A DNA stretch of 64,000 nt. It comes from an uncultured Gemmatimonadaceae bacterium (GTDB taxonomy: Bacteria; Gemmatimonadota; Gemmatimonadetes; Gemmatimonadales; Gemmatimonadaceae). The stretch is taken from NCBI GenBank assembly GCA_963740355.1, contig CAVUDW010000003.1, positions 1,056,001 through 1,120,000 on the forward strand, read 5' to 3'. The translations under genes were made by a program, and so were the position numbers. The notes under the pieces are model-generated. The model searched no databases. It saw only the letters and a list, made by a program, of their open reading frames with translations, and was not told the DNA's origin. Below, one piece after another: positions 1 to 8,960 of this stretch. Positions within the stretch are counted from its first letter, which is position 1. Every line of letters begins with the position of its first letter.

Positions 1-2
1 AG

Positions 3-275
3 GCACTCCAGACGGCCCCATCACTGCGCAGCAACGGTTTCGACACCGCCAATCCGACGCGGCCGCGGATCTCCGGTCGCGGGAATTGCACACCGACCGT
101 CTATCTCGACGGATTGCCGATGCGCGATGGGCTCGGGGGTGTCGACGACATCGTCACCATCCGCCGTGTGGGTGCTGTCGAGGTGTATGCGAACCCGACC
201 GAGGCGCCACCACAGTACGCCAGCAGGAGTTCGTGCGCGACGGTGCTGGTGTGGACGCGGGCGTACGTGCCTTGA
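3..275 (+). CDS. 3' end of a carboxypeptidase-regulatory-like/TonB-plug-like protein (partial, paralog of next gene)
   Basis: Manual translation ...NCTPTVYLDG...GAVEVYANPTEAPPQY...CATVLVWTRAYVP* matches the C-terminus of 359..1792 (CTPVLFLDG...GIEVYANPADIPPQF...CAVIVIWT); not in the ORF track because it is truncated. Confidence 0.8.
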   Translation, partial: ALQTAPSLRSNGFDTANPTRPRISGRGNCTPTVYLDGLPMRDGLGGVDDIVTIRRVGAVEVYANPTEAPPQYASRSSCATVLVWTRAYVP

Positions 276-358
276 TGCAGGCGCGACCGCAGGTGCCTTG
301 CGGTGTCGTAGGCACGGAGTGAAGCTGTAGCAGTCACGTCACCGCCGAGAGTAGCATC

Positions 359-1792
359 ATGCGACCTGCCGCCTACCGAAAGCGCTTGCTACCGTTGCTG
401 ACGGTGTGCGCAGTCACTGCGTCGCGAGGGCTGGCGCAGACGACGGTTCACGGCATCGTCACGGACAGCCTCAGCGGTCGCCCCTTCGCCGGTGCGACCG
501 TGGAGTTGGTCCCCACGCGCACGCCATGGTTAGCCGGGTTCACAGCCCGCAGCGATTCGGCCGGCCGTTACAGCATCGCAGCTGTTCCCGCAGGCAGCTA
601 CTACTTCGGCTTCCAGCACCCGCGGCTGGACTCGCTTGGGTTGGATCCGGTGACCAGTACGCTCGAGGTGCGATCGGCCTCGCCACGACTGACAGCCAAC
701 CTCGCGCTGCCGAGTGCGTACACCTTCGCCGCTATCCTCTGTGGTGCGCGACGCGGGAGTACGACCAGCGCACTGGTCGGCCGCGTGTTCGATGCCAACG
801 ACGGACGCGCGATCAGTCGCGGGACGGTGCTTGTTCGCTGGGGTGAGTTGAGCGTTGGCGACAGTGGCTTGCGCAACGACAATGCACAACGCACAGTCGC
901 CGTCCGCAGTGATGGTCGATACATCGCGTGTAACGTGCCGACCGATGCTCCGCTGCTGATCCAGGCGATCAGCGGCAACCTCACCGATCCCAGTTGGACG
1001 ACATCACGACTGGTGAGTGGTGGGATCGAAGTCACGTTTGCGTATGACAAGCCGCTGCTTCATCGCGACCTCTATGTCGGCATGAGCGAGACCGATAGTG
1101 CCGCGCCGAGCACATCACAGATCGGAAGCGTGGGTCCAGTTCGCAAAGGGTCGTCGCGCCTGGTGGGGCGCGTAGTCAACGAAGATGGCGCCCCAGTCGT
1201 CGGCGCTCGTGTGCTGGTGCGAATTGCAGCAGCGCAGGCGGTCAGCGATTCCAGTGGCGTCTTCCGAATCAGCGGCTTGCCAATCGGGACCCAGTCGGTG
1301 GAAGTCACTGCCCTTGGCTTTGCGCCGACGAACACCGGGGTCGATCTGCTTCCCGATGTCGAGACGCCGCTCACGTTGCAGGTCGCGCGACGCGTGCAGA
1401 CGCTGGAGGAAGTAAATGTCGTGGCGCGACGGGCGGACCCGTCTGGTTTCTATGCGCGGCGCGCGAAGGGACTCGGCTACTTCGTCGACTCGGAGCAGAT
1501 CCGGAAGTGGGGCCCGCCGGACCTCGGCAGCGCGCTTTCCATGGCGCCTATGCTGCGAAAGAACCTGACAGGAAGAGGCGGTTGCACGCCAGTCTTATTT
1601 CTCGACGGGGTTCGCATCGACTATATGCTTAACGAAGTCCTGAATGGGTTGGAGCTGGGGGGAATCGAGGTGTATGCAAACCCCGCAGATATCCCGCCAC
1701 AATTTGCCTCACCCGGCAGTCGCCCCGGCGCGAGGACGCTGTCTGGCGGCTGCGCCGTCATCGTGATCTGGACACTCGCCTTCGTCCGCTGA
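359..1792 (+). CDS. secreted protein with repeated carboxypeptidase-regulatory-like domains and a C-terminal plug-like domain
   Basis: Signal peptide; repeated G.V.D...P..GA.V...SD..G.F beta-sandwich motifs; ends with a plug-like IEVY...G.IVIWT and no beta-barrel. Confidence 0.75.
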   Translation: MRPAAYRKRLLPLLTVCAVTASRGLAQTTVHGIVTDSLSGRPFAGATVELVPTRTPWLAGFTARSDSAGRYSIAAVPAGSYYFGFQHPRLDSLGLDPVTSTLEVRSASPRLTANLALPSAYTFAAILCGARRGSTTSALVGRVFDANDGRAISRGTVLVRWGELSVGDSGLRNDNAQRTVAVRSDGRYIACNVPTDAPLLIQAISGNLTDPSWTTSRLVSGGIEVTFAYDKPLLHRDLYVGMSETDSAAPSTSQIGSVGPVRKGSSRLVGRVVNEDGAPVVGARVLVRIAAAQAVSDSSGVFRISGLPIGTQSVEVTALGFAPTNTGVDLLPDVETPLTLQVARRVQTLEEVNVVARRADPSGFYARRAKGLGYFVDSEQIRKWGPPDLGSALSMAPMLRKNLTGRGGCTPVLFLDGVRIDYMLNEVLNGLELGGIEVYANPADIPPQFASPGSRPGARTLSGGCAVIVIWTLAFVR

Positions 1793-1799
1793 TCACAGC

Positions 1800-2789
1800 C
1801 TATTTCGCGGCGCCCAGCTCCCGATTCCACGCCACGAACGCGCGCTCGTAGAACGTCGGCCCGAACAACGCCCACTCACCAAGCGCCGACGGCAGCTTGA
1901 ACGCACCACCAGCCGCTGCAGCGCTCGTTCCAGCGGAATGCGCCGCACGTGCTGTCATCTCGATCTCGCCCAGCACCGCCAGATACCGATCGATCGCCGC
2001 TGCATCCGCCACGGCGCCATGCCCCGGCACATACACCGTGCTGCGATCACGCTTCAATGCGCGAACCTGCTTCGCCAACACCGTTGGCAGCGCATCGACG
2101 AAATTCGGGATCATCGCGTTCCAGACCAGGTCACCGGTGAACACGAGGCTCGGATCATCCAGCTCGATGCTCACATCACTCGACGTGTGCCCCGAGCGCG
2201 GCACGATGCGCACGCGTCGCCCCCCGAGGTCGACGATCGTCTCCGATGTGGGCGACAACTCGACGACATCCTTCAAGGCTGCGGTCCGCGAATCGACCAG
2301 TGGCGTGTTCTTCGCCAGCACCTGGTCACGCGTTGCGGCGGTCGTCAGCACGCGTGTCGGGAATCCCTCGGCGATGTATCCGTCGACACCATTGGCATGA
2401 TCGGCATGGTAGTGCGTCAGCACGACGTGCGTCGGCCAGCGGCCCGTCAGCTGGCGTGCCTGCGATGCCATCCACCGCGCTCCCTGCGAGGTGAACAGGC
2501 CCTCGATCGCCATCACACCGTTGCGGCCGGCGATGATGCCGCCGTTCGAGAGCGTCGTACGATCGCCGCTGAGGGGCGCAGAGATCAGTGCCCACACGCC
2601 GTCGGCAACTCGTTCCAGCTTGCCCCACGGTTCACGCGCCACCACGGTGCCGAACGACGGCGCAGTCCACGCTGCACGCAGCGCGGCGGGTGCAAATGTC
2701 GCAGCCAGTGCGAGATGGGCGGCGCAACTTCCCGCCGTACCAAGGAACGCACGGCGCGAGGTCGTGTCTCGCGGAAGCGGCTCAGACAC
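1800..2789 (-). CDS. MBL-fold metallo-hydrolase, Tat-exported
   Basis: THYHADH, GHT, TGD and PGHG motifs; SRRAFL twin-arginine signal. Confidence 0.85.
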   Translation of the reverse strand: MSEPLPRDTTSRRAFLGTAGSCAAHLALAATFAPAALRAAWTAPSFGTVVAREPWGKLERVADGVWALISAPLSGDRTTLSNGGIIAGRNGVMAIEGLFTSQGARWMASQARQLTGRWPTHVVLTHYHADHANGVDGYIAEGFPTRVLTTAATRDQVLAKNTPLVDSRTAALKDVVELSPTSETIVDLGGRRVRIVPRSGHTSSDVSIELDDPSLVFTGDLVWNAMIPNFVDALPTVLAKQVRALKRDRSTVYVPGHGAVADAAAIDRYLAVLGEIEMTARAAHSAGTSAAAAGGAFKLPSALGEWALFGPTFYERAFVAWNRELGAAK

Positions 2790-3783
2790 CTGCAGTCTGC
2801 GTCATGCGCTCCACGATCCGCGCGGCGATCAGGTCGCCGTGGAAGCGGCCATTCTCGATGAACGTCTTGTTGGCATCGAAGCCCGACGCCAGTACCCCCG
2901 CCAGGAACAGCCCCGGTAGCGTCGTTTCCATCGTGGCCGGGTTGTGCGTCGGAATGCCGGTCTCGGGATCGATCGGCGCGCCGACCTGTCGCAGCAAGGC
3001 CGTCTCCGGCATGTAACCGAGCATCGTGAACACATGCTGCGCCGCGACGCGAGTGCGCACACCCTCCGACTCGACATCAACCCAGTCGCCGCCAATCTCG
3101 ACCACGCGCGAATTGAACATTGCGGTGATCGCACCATCCTTGATTCGCCCTTCGATATCCGGCCGCACCCACGGTTTCACCTTCGGGTCCAACTCGGCAT
3201 CGAAGTGCACCAGCGTCACTCGCGCACCGGCGCGAAAGAGCTCCAGCGCCGCATCAACCGCTGAATTGGCACCACCCACCACGACCACGTCCTGGTCGTA
3301 GCCCATGTGCCCTTCCATGAATCGGTAGTGCACATGCGGCTGGATCTCACCCGGCACGCCGAGCCGGTTGGGCAAACCGAAATAGCCCGTGGCCATCACG
3401 ACAGCGGTAGCCTCGGTGTTTCGGAAATCACCGGCGCGGGTGCGCGAACGCACCCGCCACCGATCGGCGCAAAGCATCTCGAGCTCGTCCACCGTTTCGT
3501 ACTGGTGGATCTTGACGCCGTGATACTGCGCCACCGTGCGGTAGTAGGCCAGCGCATCCCGACGCGTTGGCTTGGCGGTCGGGATGCTGAATGGCACGCC
3601 ACCGATCGAGATCTTCTCGGCCGTCGAGAAGAACGACATCTCGGTCGGGTACGAAGCGATGCCGCTCACTAGGCAATCACGCTCGATGATGATGTTGGTG
3701 ATTCCAGCACGCTGCAGCGCGATGGACGCTGCCAGCCCACACGGGCCACCGCCGATCACCACCGCTCCGACTGCCTCCTCCAT
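2782..3783 (-). CDS. ypdA: YpdA-family FAD-dependent (putative bacillithiol) disulfide reductase
   Basis: GGGPCGL FAD motif, YPTEMSFFST, GGANSAVDAALE, FIENGRFH typical of YpdA. Confidence 0.8.
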   Translation of the reverse strand: MEEAVGAVVIGGGPCGLAASIALQRAGITNIIIERDCLVSGIASYPTEMSFFSTAEKISIGGVPFSIPTAKPTRRDALAYYRTVAQYHGVKIHQYETVDELEMLCADRWRVRSRTRAGDFRNTEATAVVMATGYFGLPNRLGVPGEIQPHVHYRFMEGHMGYDQDVVVVGGANSAVDAALELFRAGARVTLVHFDAELDPKVKPWVRPDIEGRIKDGAITAMFNSRVVEIGGDWVDVESEGVRTRVAAQHVFTMLGYMPETALLRQVGAPIDPETGIPTHNPATMETTLPGLFLAGVLASGFDANKTFIENGRFHGDLIAARIVERMTQTAGV

Positions 3784-5078
3784 TACGCCACCCCGGCTTC
3801 CATTCCAATCATCTGATCACGCCGCGTCCCCACACTGACATACGTGATTCGGGTCTCGCAGAGTTCCTCGATCCGGTCGAGATAGATGCGCGCAGCCGGC
3901 GGCAGCGCATCCAGCGAGCGGCAATCGGCAGTCGACTGCTTCCAGCCGTCATACCACTCGTACACCGGCTCGGCATTCTCGAGAAGCGCGAGGTCCGCGG
4001 GGAACTCGGTCTGCACTTCACCGTCGATCTTGTAGCCGGTGCAGATCGCGACCTTGTCGAGGGTGTCGAGCACATCGAGCTTCGTGACCGCGAGGTCCGT
4101 CAAGCCGTTGATGCGCGCGGCGAACCGCACCACCACCGCATCGAACCAGCCACAGCGGCGCGGGCGACCGGTCGTGGCGCCGAACTCGTTGCCGAGGGTG
4201 CGCATCTGGGTCTGCATCGGCTCGACGAATTCCGTCGGCAGCGGGCCGGCGCCGACGCGGGTCGTGTACGCCTTCACCACGCCAAGAATCGCATGCAGTG
4301 CCGTGGGCGCCATGCCTGCGCCGATCGCGGCCCCGCCCGACGTCGTGTTGCTGCTGGTGACGTACGGGTAGGTGCCATGATCGATGTCGAGCATCGAACC
4401 CTGTGCGCCTTCCAGCAACACCGCAGCACCGGTCTTCAACGCGCGATGAATCTGCAGGCTGATGTCGTCAGACAGCGCAAGCAAACGCGGCGCGATCTGC
4501 TCCAGCGTCTTCATCGTGTCATCGACGTCGGCGCGCGTGTCGCAGTTCATCATCGCCAGGCGACCATTCGCATTCGCGACCCCGGCCTCGACCAACGTGC
4601 GCAGGCGCGCTGGATTGCGCAGGTCGAGCACCCGTACCCCACGGCGCGCGACCTTGTCTTCGTACGTTGGGCCAATGCCGCGACCGGTGGTGCCGATCGC
4701 CTTGCTGGCCGTGCTGGCACCGTCCATCAGCTTGTGATACGGCATCACCAGGTGCGCACGCTCGCTGACGTAGAGGCGACCGGTGACGTCGATGCCATCG
4801 GCGACGAGCCCGTCGATCTCACCGAAGAGCTTCTCCGGGTCCAGCACCACACCATTGCCGATCGCGCAGCGCACGCCCGGATGCATGATGCCGCTCGGGA
4901 TCTGGTGCAGCACGACCTTCTTGTCGCCGATGTGCACCGTATGGCCGGCATTGGCGCCGCCCTGATAACGCACCACCCAGTCGGCTCGCTCCGCGAGCAC
5001 GTCGACCAGCTTGCCCTTCCCTTCGTCGCCCCATTGGGCGCCGACTACCACCAGCGTGCGTCGCGACGCGTCGAACAT
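3783..5078 (-). CDS. purA: adenylosuccinate synthetase
   Basis: QWGDEGKGK, GGANAGHT, GTTGRGIGP, EFGATTGRPRRCGW motifs. Confidence 0.98.
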   Translation of the reverse strand: MFDASRRTLVVVGAQWGDEGKGKLVDVLAERADWVVRYQGGANAGHTVHIGDKKVVLHQIPSGIMHPGVRCAIGNGVVLDPEKLFGEIDGLVADGIDVTGRLYVSERAHLVMPYHKLMDGASTASKAIGTTGRGIGPTYEDKVARRGVRVLDLRNPARLRTLVEAGVANANGRLAMMNCDTRADVDDTMKTLEQIAPRLLALSDDISLQIHRALKTGAAVLLEGAQGSMLDIDHGTYPYVTSSNTTSGGAAIGAGMAPTALHAILGVVKAYTTRVGAGPLPTEFVEPMQTQMRTLGNEFGATTGRPRRCGWFDAVVVRFAARINGLTDLAVTKLDVLDTLDKVAICTGYKIDGEVQTEFPADLALLENAEPVYEWYDGWKQSTADCRSLDALPPAARIYLDRIEELCETRITYVSVGTRRDQMIGMEAGVA

Positions 5079-5154
5079 CGGATATCTCTTCCTTGGCGCG
5101 CCGCACGAGGGGCGCGCAACAGACTCGATTCAGAGGCGCCGGACAGAAATTCAC

Positions 5155-5192
5155 CCAACGCAAAACGCCACGCGCGATAGGCGCGTGGCGTT
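5155..5192 (-). terminator. intrinsic terminator-like hairpin upstream of purA
   Basis: Perfect 12-bp stem AACGCCACGCGC/GCGCGTGGCGTT (5164-5175/5181-5192) ending in a T-rich tail on the minus strand. Confidence 0.55.
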
Positions 5193-5246
5193 GGCGAAAA
5201 CTACGCCTCGACTGCCAGCGGGGGTAGGCTATCCCCCGTCCGCAGT

Positions 5247-5417
5247 TCAGGCGTCCGGCTTGTCCCGCAGCGCGATGAACGGAAAGGCGCAGCACAGCGC
5301 CATGCCAATCGCAGGAGCGACTACCGGTCCCAACGCATAGATCCCGTCCATAACCAGCGACGGCACCACGAGATAGACCTTCACGAAGGCATACATCGCC
5401 GACAGGATCGCTTCCAT
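5247..5417 (-). CDS. small hydrophobic protein (56 aa), below ORF-track cutoff
   Basis: MEAILSAMYAFVKVYLVVPSLVMDGIYALGPVVAPAIGMALCCAFPFIALRDKPDA*, GGAG RBS 6 nt before ATG, GC-rich third positions. Confidence 0.6.
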   Translation of the reverse strand: MEAILSAMYAFVKVYLVVPSLVMDGIYALGPVVAPAIGMALCCAFPFIALRDKPDA

Positions 5418-5570
5418 TCCGGGCTCCAGAGTGTCAGGTGCGGGTCAGGGCGGAGTGTGCCGCCCTCGGCGGTGAAAGTAATCGAGTCTCGACCGGTTCC
5501 CGAGCCCCCGGGGGCCGCTTCGCCAAGCCGCGCCGACCCGCACCCACGGCCCACTGTCTCCGGCGGGACG

Positions 5571-6068
5571 TCAACTCCAGGCCGCTACCAGCAGCCAGAT
5601 ACCGATCAGGCACCCAATCAGGCTCTTCATGGCCGTCGCCACCGCCCGGCCGATCAGGGCACCGGTCGCGGCTCTAGTCGCCTTCTGGTGGTTCTTCTCG
5701 AACGAGTACTCGCCGAGCAACGCGCCGATGAAGGCGCCGGCGAAGGCTCCGATCACCGACCCGATGACCGGGACAGGAATGCCCACGAAGGCGCCCACCA
5801 GGCCGCCGGCGATCGCCCCCCATGAGGCGCGGCGCGAACCGCCGTACTTCTGCGTGTAGCGACCCGCGACAGAGAACTCGAGCCACTCAGCACCGAGCGC
5901 AATCACCACCAGCAGGCCGAGGGTCAGCCAGCCGATCGTCGGCGGTGCCACCAGCAGGTGATGCCCAACGCCCGCCAGAATCATGAGCCAGATGCCGGGC
6001 AGGCCGAGGGGGATCATGACAAGGCCGCCAATCACGGCGGCCAGCAGCAACAGCAGGTCGGGAGTCAT
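5571..6068 (-). CDS. DUF456-like membrane protein
   Basis: Hydrophobic Gly-rich protein with KYGGSRRASWGAIAGG..G motif; start placed at MTPDLL. Confidence 0.75.
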   Translation of the reverse strand: MTPDLLLLLAAVIGGLVMIPLGLPGIWLMILAGVGHHLLVAPPTIGWLTLGLLVVIALGAEWLEFSVAGRYTQKYGGSRRASWGAIAGGLVGAFVGIPVPVIGSVIGAFAGAFIGALLGEYSFEKNHQKATRAATGALIGRAVATAMKSLIGCLIGIWLLVAAWS

Positions 6069-6145
6069 GGCGAATAGTACGCATCTCCGCCGTGGCAGTT
6101 TCCCAGCAGAGCGGGATCGCAGACACGCAACGGCACTCGCGTCGC

Positions 6146-6670
6146 TCACTCCCGCGAGTGCTCACCCGCCGGCGTCTGCGCCAATAGCGTGCGCACGAAC
6201 GCCTCCATGGCGGGCGTATCCCATCGCATCGCACCGCGCCGTCGCAACGCGATGTACCCGTCACGATCGATGATCCAGGTCGTTGGCACGGCCTCGAATC
6301 GATAGACCGCAGGGGCAGGCGTGCGCTCGAGAAATACCGGCAGCGTCAGCCGACGTCGACGGACGAACGCTTGCACCGGTTCCTTGCGTTGCGGCGCAAC
6401 CATCACGAACACCAGGCCCGTGTCGGACACCGCGTTGCGCAGCTGCGCGAAGGAGCCCAGTTCCGCAACACACGGCTCACACCAGGTGGCCCAGCTGTTC
6501 ACGATGACCACGCGCCCACGAAACGCATCCAGCGAGACCGGTACACCTGACAGCGAAAACATCGACCACGAGAAGTCAGCTCGTTCGCGCTCATTCATCG
6601 GTTGCGCAATCACTCGATGCGGTACTGCGGCGAGCAGAAACGCGACGGCGACCCTGATCACGCCGCGCAT
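6146..6670 (-). CDS. TlpA/ResA-like thiol-disulfide oxidoreductase
   Basis: WATWCEPC active site, VPTTWIIDRDG, signal peptide; start at MRGVIR. Confidence 0.85.
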   Translation of the reverse strand: MRGVIRVAVAFLLAAVPHRVIAQPMNERERADFSWSMFSLSGVPVSLDAFRGRVVIVNSWATWCEPCVAELGSFAQLRNAVSDTGLVFVMVAPQRKEPVQAFVRRRRLTLPVFLERTPAPAVYRFEAVPTTWIIDRDGYIALRRRGAMRWDTPAMEAFVRTLLAQTPAGEHSRE

Positions 6671-6671
6671 G

Positions 6672-8885
6672 TCACCGTCCCGCCGTGTGACGAACTCCCA
6701 GCAACAGTCGCCGCCCCTGCAACGGCCCGTACACCCGCTCGGTGGCGAATGAATCACCGAACGGGTTCCCCGGATCGATGATCGGATCTCGCTGCACATA
6801 GTTGAAGAGATTCTTCACCGCCACGTAAAGGTCCGGCCCGCGACCAAGGCGCTTCGACACCTGCACATGCTGCTCGGTGAACCAGCCTGATTGCGATGGA
6901 AGCCCGTCGAACTTCGGCAGTGGCGTTGGTCCCTGCACGCGTCCTGTCCAGTCGATCGTCAGCGCCAACGCATCAACACGGTAGCCAAGCGTGAACACAC
7001 CCTGCACATTCGGCGCGAAAGGCAGGTCACGCCGCACCCCCCGCTCGCGAATGAACACATCCTGCACTGTCATGCCGACGTTGGCGAACAGTGGCTTGCG
7101 CAGCGTGGCATAGCCGGCCGCCACCGAAGCCCCACGCGTCACGGCAAATCCGTCCAGGTTCGCGTAGATGATCAGCGCTGGATCGGTGTCGTAGTCGCCA
7201 ACGATCCGATTCGTGAACCGCGTGAAGAATGCGTCGATGTCGAGTGTCAGCGCGTCCTCGATGCCCTGCACGTCAAAGACGCGATTGGCGCCGACCGTGA
7301 ATGAGGTCGAGCGCTCGGGCTCGAGCCGCTCCGCGATTCGCACCGCGCGCGAACCAGTCAGTGCCGCATGATCTTCGGTGAAGAGGCTCACCACGCGGAA
7401 CCCGGTCGCAGCATTCACACGGACCGTCGTGTGCGGATCGGGTGACCACTTCACCGCCACGCGCGGCGACGGGATGACTCCGTGCAGCGCATGATGGTCG
7501 AGCCGCAACCCGGCCAGCAACGTGGTGCGTGTGCCAAGTGGCAACTCGTCCTGCACGAACAGACCGGGGATGAAGCGAGACTCGCGTGTCTGTTGTGCGG
7601 CGGTGCTATCGCGATAGCGCTGATGACGCACGGTCGCACCCAGTTGCAGCGAGTGTGCACCAGCGGTCGGTGACCAGATGCCCTGCGCAAACGCGACCGT
7701 CTGCGTCGCCATGTACGGCTGCCGGCCGTAGTAGCTGTCCTGGTCGTGCCAATTCGCCGACAGGTCAAACCGCAGCGGTGCCACCCCGGGATCCACACGA
7801 TACGTCCCCAGCAACTCGGCCCGATTGGTCCGGATCGACTCGCCGTACACGCGCGATGAGCCGCGGTCCGCGCGCGTCCAGTCACGCACGCCGCCGAAGC
7901 GGTCCTCGACATAGTATCGCGCCGCGATCGTCAGCGGCTGCTGGGCGGCGGTGCCGATCGACCACTTGTTGAACACCGACAGCCGCTTCACCAGCGGCAG
8001 ATCGGAGAACCCGTCGCCGTTCTGGTCCACGAATCGCGAGTTCCAGGCGCCGTTCACGCTCAGGAGCGATCGCGCTACACCGAGCTTCGATGCGGCTCCG
8101 ATCGCGAGGCTGCTTTCGCCATTGCTGGTGCCGAACGCGTTCACGCTCAGGCGCGGCGCCAAGCGCGGATCCTTCGTCACGATGTTGATCACGCCACCCA
8201 TCGCCTCCGAACCGTACAGCGTCGAGCCGGGGCCCTTGATGATCTCGATCTGCTCGATCAGGCTGGGATCGATGCTGTTGAGGCCATACACGGTGGCCAG
8301 CGCGCTCACGAGCGGCGTGCCGTCGATCAGCACGGCGGTGTATGGGCCTTCCATGCCGTTGATGCGGATGTTGTTGGTGAAACACACCCCGCAATCGACC
8401 TGCTGATTCAATCCCGGCAGGAACGACACGTTGTCCATCAGGTTGTTGCCAGCATTGCGCTGCAGAAAGGCCGGCGTCACCACATCCACCTTCACGGGGG
8501 AGTCGGAGACGTAGCGTTCCTGCGTGGTGGCGGTGGTGACGACCGTATTGAGCATCGAGGCGCTCGCCACGAGCGTCACGCTGAGCGAGTCGAGGCGGCC
8601 TGACGCCAGCAGCACGCGGTGCGTGACGGCAGTGTGGCCGATGGCCCGGATGCGGACCTGATGTGGCCCGGCTGGGATCATCAGCCGGAAGCGTCCAGCC
8701 GAGTCGGTGCGGGCGCCGCGGCGTCCAGCGCCCTCGACGTCGACCGAGGCGTCGGCCACTGGCCGTCCTCCGCTCTGCACGCGCCCGGTCAGCGTGGCCA
8801 ACGCCCCGCCGGCCTGAGCACCGACGCGGTGCACAGAGACTGCCAGCAGGCAGAGCAGCAGAATGCAGGCGCGGCCAACAAACAT
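6672..8885 (-). CDS. TonB-dependent receptor (metal-uptake type, CGVC in plug)
   Basis: Signal peptide, carboxypeptidase-regulatory N-domain, plug (IRINGMEGPYT, IEIIKGPGSTLYGSEAMGGVINI), C-terminal barrel (NLFN...YGPLQGRR). Confidence 0.9.
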   Translation of the reverse strand: MFVGRACILLLCLLAVSVHRVGAQAGGALATLTGRVQSGGRPVADASVDVEGAGRRGARTDSAGRFRLMIPAGPHQVRIRAIGHTAVTHRVLLASGRLDSLSVTLVASASMLNTVVTTATTQERYVSDSPVKVDVVTPAFLQRNAGNNLMDNVSFLPGLNQQVDCGVCFTNNIRINGMEGPYTAVLIDGTPLVSALATVYGLNSIDPSLIEQIEIIKGPGSTLYGSEAMGGVINIVTKDPRLAPRLSVNAFGTSNGESSLAIGAASKLGVARSLLSVNGAWNSRFVDQNGDGFSDLPLVKRLSVFNKWSIGTAAQQPLTIAARYYVEDRFGGVRDWTRADRGSSRVYGESIRTNRAELLGTYRVDPGVAPLRFDLSANWHDQDSYYGRQPYMATQTVAFAQGIWSPTAGAHSLQLGATVRHQRYRDSTAAQQTRESRFIPGLFVQDELPLGTRTTLLAGLRLDHHALHGVIPSPRVAVKWSPDPHTTVRVNAATGFRVVSLFTEDHAALTGSRAVRIAERLEPERSTSFTVGANRVFDVQGIEDALTLDIDAFFTRFTNRIVGDYDTDPALIIYANLDGFAVTRGASVAAGYATLRKPLFANVGMTVQDVFIRERGVRRDLPFAPNVQGVFTLGYRVDALALTIDWTGRVQGPTPLPKFDGLPSQSGWFTEQHVQVSKRLGRGPDLYVAVKNLFNYVQRDPIIDPGNPFGDSFATERVYGPLQGRRLLLGVRHTAGR

Positions 8886-8893
8886 GATCGTCC

Positions 8894-8937
8894 CTCAGAA
8901 TCCTGAATTTCGGTTCTACGAAATTGAGGATACTGAG
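8894..8937. promoter_or_regulatory. 19-bp-arm inverted repeat with core AATTTCG-N6-CGAAATT upstream of the TonB receptor
   Basis: CTCAGAATCCTGAATTTCG / CGAAATTGAGGATACTGAG, 17 of 19 complementary, AT-rich, overlapping the receptor RBS. Confidence 0.55.
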
Positions 8938-8960
8938 AGGCTGGATCCACGTCAACGTGC

